From a virus, in the IMG/VR virus record IMGVR_UViG_3300025009_000032: a stretch of DNA of 44,087 nucleotides; one strand, written 5' to 3'. The stretch's first letter is position 1. Each line of letters opens with the position of its first letter. The position numbers were made by a program, and so were the translations under genes. The notes below the pieces were generated by a model. The model was given only the letters and a program-made list of their open reading frames with translations, searched no databases and was not told the origin of the DNA. Positions 42,859 through 44,087 of the stretch are shown here, piece after piece.

Positions 42859-42973
42859 TAATGGATATGTTGAAGAGCTAATAGAAAGGTTTAAAAATAA
42901 ATCAATAGTTAATGTTAGGGATTTAAAAACAGAATTAAGTAAAAGAATAATAATTAAAAAAGGAACAGTATAA
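42848..42973 (+). CDS. Possible small ORF with TTG start (41 aa)
   Basis: Reads ..NGYVEELIERFKNKSIVNVRDLKTELSKR.. and ends in a TAATG overlap with the next gene. The start codon is uncertain. Confidence 0.2.
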   Translation: MQVTNGYVEELIERFKNKSIVNVRDLKTELSKRIIIKKGTV

Positions 42974-43404
42974 TGAAACTGCCAGAAGCAATAAAAATAG
43001 TAAAAGAGTATAAAGATTGGAGAGATAATATTATTTTAAATCAAGATGTAATAGGGGAGGTTCCAGTAGGATTAGGTATCGCAATAGATATAGTAATTAA
43101 ATATTGTGAGGAGCAAATAAAAGAATCGGCTAAGTTTGAAAAATTAGTTGATGAGTGCGAAAAATTTACAGGAGTTAGTGAAAAAGATATACGTCCAAAT
43201 CTTTATGACTACATCATGCAAAATGGAAGTACTTTATTAAAAAATAGGGTTAAATGCATTGAAAAAGAATGGTTGAGATTACATGGGGAGATTAACGGAT
43301 ATTTAAAATATATTCAAAAATCAGGATTAGTAAAAGTTCAAGGTATCGGCAAAGCAACTGCAAATGAGTTCATAAGACTTAGAGATGAATATTTAAAATT
43401 ATAA
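42973..43404 (+). CDS. Hypothetical protein with C-terminal helix-hairpin-helix motif
   Basis: 143 aa. VQGIGKATANEFIRLR fits the HhH GIGxxxA signature. Confidence 0.5.
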   Translation: MKLPEAIKIVKEYKDWRDNIILNQDVIGEVPVGLGIAIDIVIKYCEEQIKESAKFEKLVDECEKFTGVSEKDIRPNLYDYIMQNGSTLLKNRVKCIEKEWLRLHGEINGYLKYIQKSGLVKVQGIGKATANEFIRLRDEYLKL

Positions 43405-43407
43405 GAT

Positions 43408-43629
43408 ATGAAAAAATTTTTAATAATAATTAGTGTTGCAATATTTATGTTTATAAGATCAAATTTTATGATATATGAACTTTGTACAATAAATAATTGC
43501 TATAAGAGTATGTGTTATTGGGGTGAAAACTCGCAATTGTTTTTAAATATATTTTTTACAATCACATTAATAATATTATTGACAATAATAGCAATAAGTT
43601 TATTTCTAAATGTAATAGATAAAGATTAA
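43408..43629 (+). CDS. Small membrane protein
   Basis: 73 aa with two hydrophobic helices. Confidence 0.45.
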   Translation: MKKFLIIISVAIFMFIRSNFMIYELCTINNCYKSMCYWGENSQLFLNIFFTITLIILLTIIAISLFLNVIDKD

Positions 43630-43738
43630 AATTATAGGATTAAGCAAATATGGAAAACGGAATAACTCTTGAATAAATTACTTATAACGATAGCATGTAT
43701 GTTTAGTGTGAATTATTAAAAAACAAATTTTATAAATA

Positions 43739-43981
43739 ATGATAACGATTAAGGAATTACAATTAGATGATGCAACAGCATTGAGATTGCTGGAACTGAT
43801 AAAAAAAGAAGAACCTGAAATATGGGAAGTTTTTAAACATGTATTAAAGCAAGCATTAAATACACCTGATGTTAGCGATACTGTTTGCTCTTGCCAAAAA
43901 GCACGATGTAATTACAAAACAGTTAGATTTGGAGGATTGCCAAATTTATGTTCAAACCCTAAAAGAGAAACTATACAATGA
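43739..43981 (+). CDS. Hypothetical protein
   Basis: 80-aa ORF. The last 21 nt lie in the terminal repeat, so its 3' end is also seen at 1-21. Confidence 0.5.
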   Translation: MITIKELQLDDATALRLLELIKKEEPEIWEVFKHVLKQALNTPDVSDTVCSCQKARCNYKTVRFGGLPNLCSNPKRETIQ

Positions 43982-44087
43982 CAGCCAATATTTTAGTATT
44001 ATTAAAATTAAATTAGTATCTTTGTAAAATGAAATTATCAGAATCAGATGTAAAGTATATTAGAGCAAGTAAACTAAGTGACAAAAC
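43961..44087. repeat. Terminal direct repeat, right copy
   Basis: Identical to bases 1-127. Confidence 0.95.

Overview
The window is one complete AT-rich tailed-phage genome of about 43,960 bp. Bases 1-127 recur exactly at 43961-44087, so the contig closes on itself. Every convincing gene is on the + strand except a CHAP endolysin (30080-30535, minus). Promoter-like sites are of the Bacteroidota type (TAnnTTTG -7 box, sometimes TTTG about 20 nt upstream), and start codons lack Shine-Dalgarno sequences. From this I infer a Bacteroidota (Flavobacteriia-like) host. No integrase, repressor, tRNA, rRNA or CRISPR array is visible. Layout: (a) 1-1500, small early ORFs including a Cys-rich DnaJ-type zinc-finger protein. 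(b) 1513-28974, one long late block: TerS, TerL, about 14 unknown virion-module ORFs, a lipoprotein, a 769-aa fibre with a C1q-like domain, the tape measure protein, a 5-gene glycosyltransferase/methyltransferase cluster, ClpP-type prohead protease with scaffold tail, putative major capsid protein, putative portal, two fibre-like proteins, and three small membrane proteins (holin-like, lipoprotein with C-terminal TM that looks like a unimolecular spanin). (c) 29000-40300, early/middle genes: RusA-like resolvase, YopX-like protein, Rad52/Sak-like annealing protein plus PD-(D/E)xK exonuclease, a replication organiser with internal iterons, and a primase-helicase. (d) 40349-43981, a compositionally mosaic accessory island with a C5 cytosine methyltransferase, an HNH endonuclease and small ORFs. 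Most unusual observations: (1) in the accessory island, two homologous GC-rich hairpin elements each carry an arm complementary to a second arm placed just after the next ORF, so dcm and a 120-aa ORF are each bracketed by covarying inverted arms, an architecture I cannot assign to a known element class; (2) the glycan-modification cluster sits inside the virion module; (3) a 14-bp palindrome lies exactly 22 nt upstream of the -7 box at five early promoters; (4) 11-bp iterons plus an AT-rich tract lie inside the replication-organiser gene; (5) there are two promoter-then-terminator units, one of which is a candidate small RNA or attenuator ahead of the replication genes. All functional calls rest on motif recognition by eye. 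No database search was run.
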